Positions 1-12,669 are shown, numbered from the stretch's first letter. The stretch: DNA of 64,000 nt from Eledone cirrhosa (GCA_964016885.1 OZ024740.1:340256001-340320000), one strand, 5' to 3'. Numbers and translations are program-made. The notes: generated by a model not told the origin, from the sequence alone.

Positions 1-158
1 ATAACAACCTGCCCAACCCATGCCAGCATAGAAAACAAACATAAAATGATGATATTGAAAATGAAAATCCAAGAAAGCAATTTAGTGCTGGTCTAGAGCA
101 CAACAAAACGTGAAATAGAAAGAGCTGACATGAGAAAGTAAAAGATGACAAAACATAC

Positions 159-303
159 CAACAGCACACACTATCTTTCCAATGTGGAGTTTCAACAATT
201 TCACAATGTCAGCTTTCTGAGTTGGTGAACATCGACAGACCACTACGCAAGGACATTGGCAGGAAAGTTCCACAAATTCATGTTCGTAATAACGTAAGCA
301 AAC
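159..303 (-). CDS. ATP9: ATP9-like exon 18 ([10 protein letters not shown]...[14 protein letters not shown]...VCAV-G); the gene continues beyond the window start
   Basis: CRCSPTQKA motif; phase-1 end just before the expected GDGGND motif; cag/gtatgt boundaries. Confidence 0.96.
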
Positions 304-719
304 CTGGGAAGAAGATAGCACAAACTATTGGAATATTTGACTTAAAAATACAAATTATTTACTTTTAGTATAGAAATATTTACAAAATCACTCTTTAACA
401 TTTTACATATGTTTTTTCGTGGATCTACAATACAAGATATCTGCATGGATTGTTGGGGAGTATTTAACAAGTTGATGTTTTTTTGTTACACTAACTACAG
501 CTAATCCATCTACATACAGTCTCCCTCCAAAGAATTCATTTCATAGTTCATGGAGTCAGCAGATGTAAATCCTTAAAATGTTATAACATATTTCACAATA
601 GATGGGGTATTTCAGAGCACTCTTCAACCATCATAAATCATACTGAATCTCTACTTTTCAGATACAACCCAACCTCAATCAGAAACTCTATACTTCTCAT
701 TGGGTGCAAAACTTCAGGG

Positions 720-1560
720 CTGCCATCTTCACTGTTGCCGCAATGCAAGTTTGGACTGGAGAGATTGCACAGATGCTAGAGCAGAGTTATATAGATATAT
801 ACTGTGACCAAGAGGTACAATGAAAGAAAGCCTCAAACTCATTACAGGTAGGAAACACAGGTACAAATTTTTCTGAGTATGAAAATGCAGGAGTGACTGG
901 AGTAGACATATTATTGGTAGAGAAATGAATAAAGTAACTGCAGTCATCAGAGTATGTGAGAAATAATTAAGCTTAGACTAGTCAAAGGCAACATAATAGC
1001 AACAATGATCTCTGCATATGTGCCACAACCATGACTAACACGAGGAAAAAAAACTGTTTCTATTAGTCCTTCTTGCAGACTAGCCCAATGAATGACCATG
1101 ATTTATTTATCACAGCTGGTGACTTTAATGGAAAAATTGGGTAACAACATGATGTCTTCCAATATACTTAGAAACTATGGTTATGGTACAAGGGATAAAG
1201 AGAGATTAAAGCACTTGGAGTTCTGTAATGCAAATGATTGAACCAATTGGAACACTAACTTCAGAAAACTAGCCAGGAATCTGATAACCTACAACTTAAG
1301 CCAGAAAGACTTCATTCTCACCAGGAAACAAAACAGATCGTTATGAATACTAAATCATTCCCCAGTGAAGACTATACCAATCAACATAGACTAGTGATTA
1401 GTAATAGGAAAGAGCAGGACAGACATAGAGACAGAAGACAATCTGGAGAAGGAAGGTATGGAATTCTAAAGATCCCTCTGTCATATATAGGTTCGAAGAA
1501 ATACTACATGATGCAGATATCAAGAAAAAAGAGGGAGATAGAGAAATTTAACATTTGTCT
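720..1560 (+). mobile_element. Degenerate RTE LINE AP-endonuclease fragment
   Basis: Broken frames read IKLRL..ISAYVPQ, AGDFNG, LEFC..N, NTNFRK, QHRLVIS, collinear with the RTE at 8912-11770. Confidence 0.8.
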
Positions 1561-1872
1561 TAAAATATTATTATTCATCTGAAGACGTTCCATCATTTCA
1601 GGTTGAATTATATTCCAAAAAAATCAATTTAATAATGAAAAAGTTAGTTATAATCCTCAATTACATGAAATTCTTAATTATTTTTTTTAAATCATAGGCA
1701 GTGTCTTTCATTAAAAGTATTGTAACAGAAGAGTTAAAGATTTACAGAACAAAGGAAATCAATTCAGATGATGATAATTCAGATTTAGCAGTTTTAAATC
1801 ACCAAGTTAGAGACCTTAACCTTTCCCTCTGAAGGTATTTAGAGTTGTGATGTAGTGAAATAGAAGCCAAAC

Positions 1873-2061
1873 CTGGACGGAGTCTCCACTGATGATAAGA
1901 GCTGAATCATTCTTTCGTCGCAGGGCATTCAATTCAAGATGAGCTTCATCTCTTGTATCAACCCTTCTAAAGGTATGGATGTCCATATTGCGTGATACCA
2001 ATTTGGAACTCTTAGCAATACAAGTTGCTGTCTCTAATTTGTCTCCAGTTAACATCCAAGT
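1873..2061 (-). CDS. ATP9: ATP9-like exon 17 ([19 protein letters not shown]...LIISGDSVQ)
   Basis: WMLTGDK.ETA motif; cag/gtttgg boundaries. Confidence 0.96.
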
Positions 2062-2312
2062 CTGCAGAGTAAGAAAAAATAAATAAATAAACAGAAGTTT
2101 AAAGAAAACTCAATTGCATCATGTTAAGTTAAGTATTATTGAAATAGAATATTTACACATCCTTAAGCAGCCTTCAGCATTTACTATATTAATGTGTGTG
2201 GATGTGCATCTGTCAAGTGTGTGTGCATGAGTGTGTATGTGTGTGTGCACGTGCGTGTGTGCGTGTGCGTGTGCGTGCATGTGTGTAAGAGTAAAACTAA
2301 CAAAAGTCTTAC

Positions 2313-2483
2313 TTTGATGCCAGCATTTCTTAACAACTCCAGTGTAGGTCTCACACCATCTTGCAGTTTATCCTCAACTCCTGTAAGACACAAAAGTTCC
2401 ATATCTCGTTCCAGGCCTTCAACAACAGCTTGCATCTTTACATTTCGATCATGAACACACATTTTAGCTTGGTGATAACGTGT
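2313..2483 (-). CDS. ATP9: ATP9-like exon 16 (TRYHQAK...[25 protein letters not shown])
   Basis: GVEDKLQ motif; cag/gtaaga boundaries. Confidence 0.96.
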
Positions 2484-2602
2484 CTGCAAAATAAGGACAC
2501 ATCATTTTCAATAACATTTCTATGTTATGAGAATAGGGTGTTAGGCTTACAAGTATAATAATAGGGGTACATATGAAGGTATATACAATATGTTTAATGT
2601 AT

Positions 2603-2900
2603 AATTGTTTCTAGTTTTGGCACAAGGCCAGAATTTTGAAGGGAAGGGGAAAGTCGATTAAATTTACCCCCAGTGCATTACTGGTACTTTATTTTATCAA
2701 CCTCGTAAGGATGAAAGGCAAAGCTAGCCTCAGCGGGATTTGAACTCAGAACAATAAAAAGTGGTAACTACACTTTATCAACCTTTAAAGGATGAAAGGC
2801 AAAGATGACCTTGGTTGGATTTGTACTTAGAGCACAGAGAACTGGAACAGTTACCACAAGGCATTTTGTCCTGGACGCTAACGACTCTGCCAATTTCCTA
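2603..2900 (-). mobile_element. Two tRNA-derived Nin/Deu-domain SINE pieces
   Basis: Reverse complement of gagttcaaatccc (B box) and the ctttgcctttcatcct...gataaaataaagtaccag core. Confidence 0.8.
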
Positions 2901-3059
2901 CCTCATGTTATGAAATAGGAATTGTAGGTATCAAAGGCTATAGGGGCTTATTTATTCTCATAATATTTTCCTTACAATTGAATACAAGCAGGTTTTAACT
3001 AATGCTGGTTCAATCAATGTGTTATTCCTTACAGTTTACAACAGTGCAAGAATTATAAA

Positions 3060-3330
3060 AACATTTGACTGTTGTGTTAGTGTGACAAGGCCAAGCTACT
3101 TCAACAATGTGACCACCATGTCATAGGACCGTCAACAACACAAGATTTACCAGCTCCACAACATCACTGTGTCAATGTGACAGTCAACAGGATTGACCAG
3201 CTTCAGATCACTGTGTTAGTGTGACAATCAATACAAGATTGACAAGTTACACAAGATCATTGTGTCAATGTGAGTCAACAAAAAGTTGACCAGCTCCATA
3301 AATCACTGCATCACTATGACAGTGACACAA
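3060..3330. repeat. Degenerate ~50-bp tandem repeat (atcactgtgtcaatgtgacagtcaaca...gaccagctcca), about 5 units
   Basis: Recurring tgtgtcaatgtgac and ttgaccagct motifs. Confidence 0.7.
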
Positions 3331-3441
3331 TTACCTCAGGTTAACAGACATAAAGTCACTGAGTGGTGACAAGTGAATCTCTTAGATAAAATAACAACAG
3401 AGAAATATTTTCATAGTTTAAAAAGAATAAATTATACTAAC

Positions 3442-3525
3442 TTCAAAATCACAGTATTGCTCCTCTGACAGGTTTTTCTTGGCCACAACTAAAGTACGTA
3501 AACCTTCTCGGGCCATATTTCCACA
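3442..3525 (-). CDS. ATP9: ATP9-like exon 15 ([28 protein letters not shown])
   Basis: MAREGLRTL motif; cag/gttagt boundaries. Confidence 0.95.
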
Positions 3526-3868
3526 CTGAAATTTTTTTAAAACAATCCATTACTGTAAATATGAAGAACTTACACAGTAGCTGGTTCCAATTAACAATAT
3601 GTTTACTTCAAATATGAAATGACACTACAAATGTGACAATTTTACTGGCTTTCAGAATATAAAGTTACGCTGAAACAACAACATTGATTTTTAAACACTA
3701 GCCAGAATTATTTGGGAGGAGGGTGTGCTGACAGTATTTGAACTTAGAATGTAAATAGATGGTATTAATCCTTTTGAGACCACACTGCCTGAAGCCACCC
3801 CTGGTTCTATATCAAGCTGTGTATTTTAAAATGTGTGTTTAAAATATGGCCAACAGCAGTACTAGCAC

Positions 3869-4600
3869 TTAGAACTTTTTCCATCCCGCTCTAACTCTGG
3901 CTACTACACTTTCAGAGCATCCTCCTCCACTGCTGATTTTGTCACCCAGGTAACGGAAAGTGTCTACTATTTCTATAGAACGATCTGGGCAGTTGAAGGA
4001 GATAGCATCCAATGGGATCTTGCTACTTACTGCACCTGAGCATCGGCCACATATAATATCTACTTTCTTAGATAGCTTACCTGAGATCCCACTACATCTT
4101 TTATGTACCCATAGTTTGCATTTGGGACATAGAATGGAGTTTTTACCTACTCTTTTCTTAAACACTGAGCATGGCCATTTCCCAGAAGGTACCTGTGCCC
4201 TATTCTCCTTCCTACATACTAGAACCTTAGTTTTAGACAAGTTGACTCTAAGGCCTTTTGGTTCAAGGCTATGCTTCCATGTTTGGAACTTCCTCTCTAG
4301 TTCAGCCATGGATTCGGCTATGAGAGTTAGATCATCTGCATATAGAAGTTCCCATGGGCAGCCAGTCTTAAACCCTTGTTATAGCCTGTAGGACAATAAT
4401 AAACAGGAGGGGGATAAAGACGGAGCCTTGGTGAACCCCTACTATTACGCTAAATTCATCACTATATTCATTGTTAATTCTAACCTTGCTGACTGTTCCT
4501 CTATACATGGCTTGTATAGCTCTCACAAGCCATTCTTCCACTTCTAGTTTTCTAAGAGGCCACCAGATTAAGGTGCGTGGGACCCTATCAAAGGCCTTCC
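3869..4600 (-). mobile_element. Internal RTE LINE fragment (RT C-terminal half with Cys/His finger)
   Basis: GVHQGS, CPWELLYADDL, KWPCS..WVHKRC, FRYLGD; frameshifts; truncated at both ends. Confidence 0.9.
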
Positions 4601-4714
4601 ATCATATTTGTTAAGATATGCTCGAAAAACAACGCTGACTATAATTCTCTATTAATTTTGAAAATAACCAAGAATTTGGAGGGATTTACTAATTTAACCC
4701 CACTCATACACACC

Positions 4715-5056
4715 ATACCTGCTCTCCAAGTCTTGGTGCCACAACAAAAAACACCCAGTCCACCATGTATGATGGTAGTGCTGGTGCCACAACAAAAAGC
4801 ACCCAGTCCACCCTGTAAGGTGGTCAAACTGGTGCCACAACAAAAGTAACCAGTCTATCCTGTAAAGTGGTAGTGCCACAAGAAAAGCTCCCACGCTGTA
4901 ATATGCTTGGAATTAGGAAGGATTTCCAGCTGTAGAAAACCTACCCAAAAACAATCTGTAGGAGACATGTTTACCTGACCTGGCTAGCCCCATAACATGA
5001 TAACCTGTCTAACTCATACAAGCATAAAAAATAGACATTAAACATGATGATGATGA
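4715..5056 (+). mobile_element. Stand-alone RTE 3'-UTR module (tandem ~40-bp gtgccac units, aggaaggg..ccagctgtagaaa core, (ATG)n tail). Similar copies at ~18360-18450, 26835-27077, 28600-28935, 50375-50620, 55230-55600, 62028-62310
   Basis: Same sequence as the 3' UTR attached to the RTE copies at 26140-26503 and 60980-61280. Confidence 0.8.
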
Positions 5057-5255
5057 ACTAAATTTTTCATGTTTAAGGGGATATTTGAAACAAAAAATTT
5101 TACATAAAATGATGAAAGAATGAATGTTTAAATTTAATTTTGAACACTTTAAAATAGGTTTTGTATGATAGAATCAGGGGTGATTTCAGGCAGATTGGTA
5201 TCAAGGAAATGTTGACAATTAAAACCACACAGGAAAGGGCAATTATCAATTTGAA

Positions 5256-5481
5256 TTAACTCTTTAGCATTTACATTACTCTATATTTATTATAATATTT
5301 TTGTGGTAAAGGCTTTACCTCACATAATTATCTCACATAAAATTGAATCTGAGATTTTGATATTATTTATTTTGAGAACAATACCTCAACGACGATATGA
5401 GCAGTTGGTTTGACCGGTTTGAACAGAAAGAGGTGAGAGAATTCTGGCCGGATATGGCCGGTTTAAATACTAAAGGGTTAA
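5256..5481. mobile_element. piggyBac-type MITE (TTAA TSD; CCCTTTAGCATTTA TIR)
   Basis: ttaactctttagcattta ... taaatactaaagggttaa; homologous copies at 48184-48398 and 63138-63344. Confidence 0.85.
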
Positions 5482-5524
5482 GATGTCCAAGATAATAAAA
5501 TTATTCAAATTAAATGTTACATAC

Positions 5525-5617
5525 CTCTTCTTCAAGCCAATCATTATACTGAACAATAGTTGTCATGACAACATCAGCTCCTTTCAAATAAAAGGTGATA
5601 TCTCCAGTTTGTTCTTC
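5525..5617 (-). CDS. ATP9: ATP9-like exon 14 ([31 protein letters not shown])
   Basis: KGAD nucleotide-binding motif; weak aag acceptor, gtatgt donor; absent from the ORF track. Confidence 0.94.
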
Positions 5618-6207
5618 CTTTTAAAAGATAATGATATATTCTTTATTGATATATTGTACTTACTGGAAATATCACATTACATTTTAATCTGAGATTTTAC
5701 AAAGAATTGGAAATATAATTGAAAACAAAAATTGGAGTCTCAACATAGCCACAATCAAATAACTTTAACCAGCAGGAAAAGAAATAAAAGAATACATATT
5801 AAACAAAAATATCTAAAAACAATAGATTTTCTGCAGTTATATAATCTTCAACATCAGTTTTATATCCATTTTTCCCATACTAGCAAAATTCTACAGCTGG
5901 ATGCCTTTCCTGATGCCAATCCTATTTTTCAAGTAAGGTGTAGATCTGTTTATGCAGAACATAAACAAATATCACCACTTGTGATGTCAAATGGGAAGAG
6001 AGCAGAAGAGACAAATAAACACAGAGATGTACATATATGTATCCAGTTTAGAATAGGTACATAATATCCCTGCATGTTGTAAGATGTGATTAAAAGAGTT
6101 AAAGTCAGGAAAGGCATCTATCTAGTTGTAAAACATTGCCTCAAAAAGCCCTATCCAATCCAGGCTAGCATGAAAAGGTTGATGTAAAAACAATGATAAT
6201 GATGATG

Positions 6208-6269
<62 letters not shown>

Positions 6270-6271
<2 letters not shown>

Positions 6272-6615
6272 TAGGCATAACTGGACTTCATTACCAAATA
6301 CACTCACAAAGCATTTGTTACCTGAAAGCTATAGAAGACACTTGCCCAAGGTGCTACGCTGTGAGAAAGAATCTAAAACAATAGAACATAAATAATTATA
6401 TCTGCTTACGATGTTGAATATGAGAAGAGTGGCACACACATACATATATGACAGGCTTCCTAACAGTTTATGTCTACCAAATTCACTCGCAAGGCATTGA
6501 TTGGTCAGCCCGAGGTTATAATAAAAGACATTTACCTAAGGTGCCATGCAGTGGGATAAAACCGAAGACCTTGTGGTAACAAAGTGAATTTCTTAACCAT
6601 ACAGTCATGTCTGCA
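6270..6615 (-). mobile_element. Two tRNA-derived SINE pieces of the gcaccttgggcaagtgtcttc family
   Basis: atagaagacacttgcccaaggtgc core occurs twice; (TA)n/(CA)n tail at 6212-6270. Confidence 0.65.
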
Positions 6616-6722
6616 GCTATATGAATGTAAATTGTTCTGGAACACTTGATGACTAATGTATACATTGTTAAAGAATTTCAGTAGAATTTTCTTTTAAAAA
6701 ATGTCACAGAAAAAATACTTAC

Positions 6723-6884
6723 TTTTACAATAATTCCCATTCGTTTAGACTCTGAGGTGAATGGAAACAACTGTAAAACTGAATAATTAATTAGTATTCC
6801 CATAGGGTTTTTCACCTGAATGAAGTTCAAGTCTCGTTTCACCAACGTTAGACCAACTTCTTCAGTCCATTGCACCAATGCCAC
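6723..6884 (-). CDS. ATP9: ATP9-like exon 13 ([12 protein letters not shown]...[15 protein letters not shown])
   Basis: [12 protein letters not shown]-domain motif; tag/gtaagt boundaries. Confidence 0.96.
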
Positions 6885-8512
6885 CTAGCAGAATATATAA
6901 AACAAAAATAGAATAAAACAGAAAACATTTTAAGATATTTGATTTTTCTTAAAAACAGAAAACTTCCACCTAAATATTTCTAAAAAGTGTCCCGACCTTA
7001 GTATTTCATCAGGCCAAAGCTTATCCTTGTTTCAGTGCTGTTAATTAACTGAGAGCACAAGGTTAACTTCCCAGCTGACACTCATACAGCAACATGAAAT
7101 GAAATGTCTTGCTTAACAAGACAATGTGCCAGCTGGTCTGGGAATCAAAGCCTAAACCTTACAATCAAAAGCCAAATATGCTAACCACTAAGCTGTAGGC
7201 CTTCACTTACTCTAATTGAAGGATGTTACAATATCATACACACACATAAATCAGCACAAGCATGGGTAAGTGTGTGTGGGTGGGTGTGTGTGCGTGGGGG
7301 GGGGGGGGGTCTATTGAAACAGACCTAACAGACTTTTTCTAATATATATGTTCCAAAAATGATTTTGTTTTAATACTATATCATCATCAGCATTTAATGT
7401 TCATTTTCCATACTAGCATGGATTGGATGGGTTGTCCCATTAGAGGTATGTCGAGCCAGATGACCGTGTCTTGCTTATATTATATCATACTCAATTTTTA
7501 AAACTACCATCAGGCTATGGCGCCAAGAAGAAACAACACCGTGAAATTTAGAAAATACACCTTAATCTACACAGCATTAATTCAAGAACACTATCAATGC
7601 TGTGTGGCTAAGATATATTTCTATACAAGTAAAGCTTCATTCCAATTCATATATCATTGTCGTTATAACATCTGCTTTCCCTGAGAGAGAAGAGAGAGAG
7701 AGAGTTCCACAACAAATTAGCATAGTCGAATATGGTTTGCTAATTTGTTGTGGAACTAACTCTATACCGAACTTGTCCTCTGGACTGAGTGCTCTACTTA
7801 CTACAGATATAACCCCCTCAGGTTTTTTACCACTATGTATATATATTACTATTTAGTCAAGAAAGGAACAGCAGTGTTCATTATTATTCTCAACCCTCAA
7901 AGTTTGGTAGGAGGTAAGAAATTATTCTCAAACTAGAGACCTAGTCCAAACACTTGCAACAGAATGGACTCTGCTAAATTTACCCAAGGGATAAGTGGTG
8001 TTGCTAAACTGGATGAAGGATTAAGTCTACCAGCCATCTAGTCCACAGCAGGGATTTGAACTCAGAATATAAAGAACTGGAACAAAATAACACAGGACAT
8101 CTTGTCCAATGCTCAAACAACTGCGCCAATTCACCACACACCCAGAAGGATGAAAGGCAAAGATGACCTCAATGGGAAATGAAATCAGAGCACAGAGACA
8201 AAAGAAATACCAATGCTCTAACTACTCCGTCAATTCACTGCTTAAATATACACTTTGGTATTAAAAAAACTTTCTAACATACCAAAAAGTTACTCACACT
8301 TAACAAGTGTGTTGAAGCTATTTTCCCTGCTAAAGTATGCGTTAGCCTTACAGACCCATGACAGGCTCACACTCATCAATGTCTTCCTTCCCAAACTTAA
8401 GATACAGTATTATTGGGGGGGGGGGGGGGTCTGCAGACCTCTCCAATCCATGTATGATAGGAGAAAGAAATGTAAAACATGGGTGATAAAAATATTCTAA
8501 ATTTCACAATAC

Positions 8513-8749
8513 CTCATCAGGACTCGATGCTTGGTAAACAACTTTCTGATGTGACATTTGGTTGACGTCTGCATCAACACTGTTGTCAGCATCATTGACA
8601 CATTCAAAGACAGGTGTTACATTATGACAGAGTGCAATTGCCCTTACAGCTTCAAATGCTCGAGTAATAACTGTACGCCGTACAGGTCCAGTATGGCGCT
8701 GAGACACTGAAGCCAACTGAGTGAATCCAGTTTTTACATGTAAGCTAAC
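8513..8749 (-). CDS. ATP9: ATP9-like exon 12 (VSLHVK...AIALCHNVTPV...YQASSPDE)
   Basis: ALCHNVTP and YQASSPDE motifs; cag/gtattg boundaries, 237 nt. Confidence 0.95.
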
Positions 8750-8911
8750 CTGTAGAAGAAATAATGAGAAATTAGAATGCTTCTAAACTCTATGTATGTT
8801 AGGTTAATGTTAACATATTTAACACAGTAAGTAATAAAAGGTTAACTAGAAATAACCATGCCACAAGGAAAAGATATTAGTCATAGACTAATCAATAAAA
8901 TTATGCTTGTA

Positions 8912-11770
8912 CATCATCATCATCATCATTTTACGTCCGCTTTTCCCTGCTTGCAAGGGTGGGGCGGGTCTTATTCAGCACAGCATCTCTCCACTCGTCA
9001 CGGTCCCTCGTCATCTCCACCGTGAGCTTCAATGATCTGAGGTCTGTTCTCACCACCTCCGCCCATGTTTTTCGTGGTCTACCTCTACTACGTCTTCCTT
9101 CAACTGGCATTTCCTGGCACTTCTTCACCCATCGGTCATCCTCCATGCGCATCACATGTCCATACCACCTCAGTCTCCTCTCCCGTACACTACATTCTAT
9201 CCCTCTCAGACACAGTTTCTCTCTCAACACATTTATGCTGGGTCGTTCACGCACATTTACACTGCACATCCAACGGAGCATGCTTGCCTCATTTCTCTCC
9301 AGCCGTCGCATATCTTCTGCGGTAGCTGCCCATGTCTCACTACCATGCAGCATCGCGCTCCTCACACAGGCATCATACAACCGGCCTTTCGTACGCAGGG
9401 AGAAACCCTTCTTCGTCAACAGAGGAAGCAGCTCCCTAAACTTCTTCCAACCCGTCCTTATTCTAGATACTATGGCCTCGGAACACCCTCCTCCCATGCT
9501 AATCTGATCTCCTAGGTACCGGAAGCTATCCACCACTTCTATAGCGCCCTCTCGCATTTGAAAAATGTGTCTATCAGTGCGACTTCTACTGTCTAATTTC
9601 CCTGTACATCTACTGCATACATATTTCTCCCTACCTGTTAGTTTGCCTGCTATCCCGCTACATCTCTTGTGTACCCAGGACCTACATTGTGTGCATTTTA
9701 TAGAATTTATGCCAGTTCCTTTTCTGCATATCGAACATGGCCATTTCCCTGACGGAATCAGGGTTTTGTCCTCTTTTCTACTCATCAACACTTTTGTCTT
9801 AGCTAGATTTACTCTCAGTCCTCTTGCTTCCAACTGCTGTTTCCATAGCCGGAATTTATTCTCTAGCTCCTCTACTGATTCTGCCATAAGAGCCAGATCG
9901 TCAGCATAGAGAAGTTCCCATGGACAGCCAGTCTTAAACTCCTCTGTTATGGCTTGGAGGACTATAATGAACAAGAGCGGGCTGAGGACCGAACCCTGAT
10001 GTACTCCTACTTGTATCTGGAATTCCTCACTAAACTCCATTCCTACCCTGACTTTACTGAGAGTACCTCTGTACAAAGTTTGCACTGTCCTTACAAGCCA
10101 TTCCTCAACACCCAGCTTCCTTAGGGACCACCAGATGACAGATCGGGGTACCCTATCAAAGGCCTTCTCTAGGTCAACAAAGGCCAAGTATAGTGGCTTA
10201 TTCTTCTCTAAGAACCTCTCTTGCATTTGTCTCACCAAGAAGAGGGCATCTGTTGTACTCTTCCCAGGCACAAAACCAAACTGCATCTCATCTAGTTTGA
10301 CCCTTTCTCTAATTAGTTGTGCTAAAATCCTTTCTGCCACTTTCATAACCTGATCTATCAGTTTTATACCCCTATAATTGCTCCTCTCCAAAGCATCCCC
10401 TTTACCTTTGTAGCAATTTATGAGAATACTGCTGCACCAGTCTTTGGGTATGACACCACCATATATAGCCTGATTGATTATGCGTGCAACCAGTTTAGTG
10501 CCTACGTCCCCTGATGCCTTCAGCATCTCAGCAACTATTCCCGATGGTCCGGCAGCCTTACCATTTTTCATTTCCCTAATCGCCTCTTGGACCCTATATT
10601 CGTCAATCTCAATAGCTGGTCCCTCTGTCGGATCTACCAAGGGTAATTTCTCTCTCTCCCATTCGTTCTCCACATTCATCAGTCTCTCATAATGGCATTT
10701 CCAGGCCTCCTTTTTCTGGTCATTCGTGACACTAAGTACACCGGCATCATCCCGGACACATTTATCACCAACAACATCCTGATTTGCATTGACACACTGC
10801 CTTGCAATGTGGAACACCGCACGCCTCTGATCTTCCCGTCGCAGAACATTGGCAAACCTCCTACTCTCTGCCTCCCTGCGTGCTAAGTACACCTGACGTC
10901 TAGCTTCTCTCTTAGTGGCTGTATATTCTTCCCTACTCCCACCCTTATTCCAAGCCTTCCATGCTAGTCTTTTGTCTCTAATAGCCTTATCTACACTGCT
11001 GTTCCACCACCAGGTCACTCTCTGTCTGGTTGGGGCTCTGCTCCAGCCACAAGTTTCATCAGTAGCCTTCAGCAAGTTGTCACGTAAGAACTTCCAGTTA
11101 TTATCTATGTCATACGTCTCTAAATCGTCTTCTTTTTCGTCATATACATCTTGAAGGGCTTTCCTAAATTTGAATTTTAGTGAAAGGTCTTTTAGCTTCC
11201 AGACCTTTCTTCTCCACACCTTCCTATATGGCTCATTCCATCTCTTGCTTACTGAGATATCACTAACAACTAACCTATGCTGTGGGGTACATTCTTCCCC
11301 AGGGTATGCCTTGGTATTAGACACTATCTGCCTGTCCCGCTGCCTAACTAGCAGGAAGTCAATCTGGCTTATGTGCTCACCAGATTTGTAGGTTATTAGG
11401 TGATTGGCAGGTTTCTGGAAGTTTGTGTTGCAAATAGTCAATGTACTTGCATCACAAAATTCAAGAAGTCTCACTCTTTCTTCATTTCTTGAACCGTAAC
11501 CATGCCCACCATGTACCCCAGTGTAACCATCCTGGAGCTGTCCAACATGACCATTGAAGTCTCCTGCTAGCATAACGATGTCTCCGTCCTCTGTCATTGT
11601 GGTTGTTTGCAAGAGTTGCTCATAAAAGCAGTCTTTCTCATCTTTGCCTAGGCCTGCTTGGGGAGCATAGACCGAGATGATTGTCAGTAGTCTCCTACCT
11701 ACAATTAATCTAAGCTTAATTATTCGATTACTAACTCGAACTACCTCTATTGTCTTATTGATCCATAGGT
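8912..11770 (-). mobile_element. Young 5'-truncated RTE-clade LINE: partial AP endonuclease, reverse transcriptase, PHD-like finger, (ATG)n tail
   Basis: Unbroken frame from ~11770 to the stop at 8931 with SVYAPQ, GDFNGHVG, QFGF, FVDLEKAFDRV, GVHQGSVLSP, YADD, FRYLG, RLRWYGHVMR, GRPRKTW; (CAT)n at 8912-8929; lies in ATP9 intron 11. Confidence 0.97.
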
Positions 11771-12554
11771 GACAAAAATGGAGAAAGGGTAAAAAAAAAA
11801 GAGAGAGAGAAAGAGAAACTTCTGATGGAAAGGGTAATAGTAACAGCATGAAGAAGAAGAGAGAAAATGTTGAAGACGGAGGGATAGTAACAGTATGAAG
11901 CAAAAGAAAGAGAAGGCCATTTACTGTTTGTTGTTGTGTATGTGAGCATTATTAACCCTTTCATCTGAAGACTGCCACAATACTCCTACCCTAATATATC
12001 GTCCGCCTCATGGTCCCGGCCGACAGGATGGAGAGGACATTGCCCCAGAGGATGGTGAGGAAGATGCGTTGGAACAGCCACTCCATCTCGCTATTTACTT
12101 GTGTGTTGATAAGAGGCAGAAGAAAGAGGTCATGTTGTTGAATGTTGAAAAGTGAGGGATAATAACGTTATTAGGCAGAAGAAAGAGAAAGTCATTTACT
12201 TGAGCGTTGATGGAAGTAGTAAGCAATAACACTATGAAGCAAGAAGAAAAGCAAAGGCCAGTTATTTATAGTACGTTACTAACAAACACATGCACACATA
12301 AATATACTGAGAATTGTAGCTGGAGGCAGTGGTGGTTGTGATAAGATAGAGGGAAGCAAAGACCATAGTTTATTTTTTTAAACAAATATTGTTTTCTAAA
12401 ATCATCAATCATTTAACACAAGCGCTTTAGTGTAATTAACTGTTGATAGTTAAATTGAACCTTTATCCTTTTAGCTACTGTTAATTCCATTTAAATACAA
12501 TAACTGTTCCAAGTGATAAAAACCTGGACTTTTAAACAAAATAAATGTTCTTAC

Positions 12555-12611
12555 CTCATCCATTGTATCAGAGGCAAAAGACACTGTGCCAAGATGAAGT
12601 CTTTTGAAAAC
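12555..12611 (-). CDS. ATP9: ATP9-like exon 11 (VFKRLHLGTVSFASDTMDE)
   Basis: cag/gtaaga boundaries, 57 nt, phase 0-0; FKRLHLGTV is typical of ATP9. Confidence 0.94.
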
Positions 12612-12669
12612 CTGACAAAATAGGAAAAAAACTAATTAATAATGCATAACATTTTGTTCTCACATGATA

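Noticed and set aside
6122-6384. YIYI/CVCV-rich ORFs here and at 37060, 38682, 40353, 58539
   Set aside because: Translations of microsatellites
8959-11391. Many plus-strand ORFs overlapping the RTE
   Set aside because: Antisense shadows of the RTE coding frame with no recognisable motifs
11771-11903. Hydrophobic signal/TM-like N-terminus of the 990-aa ORF
   Set aside because: It is a translation of CT-rich low-complexity flank outside the RTE, with a TTG start
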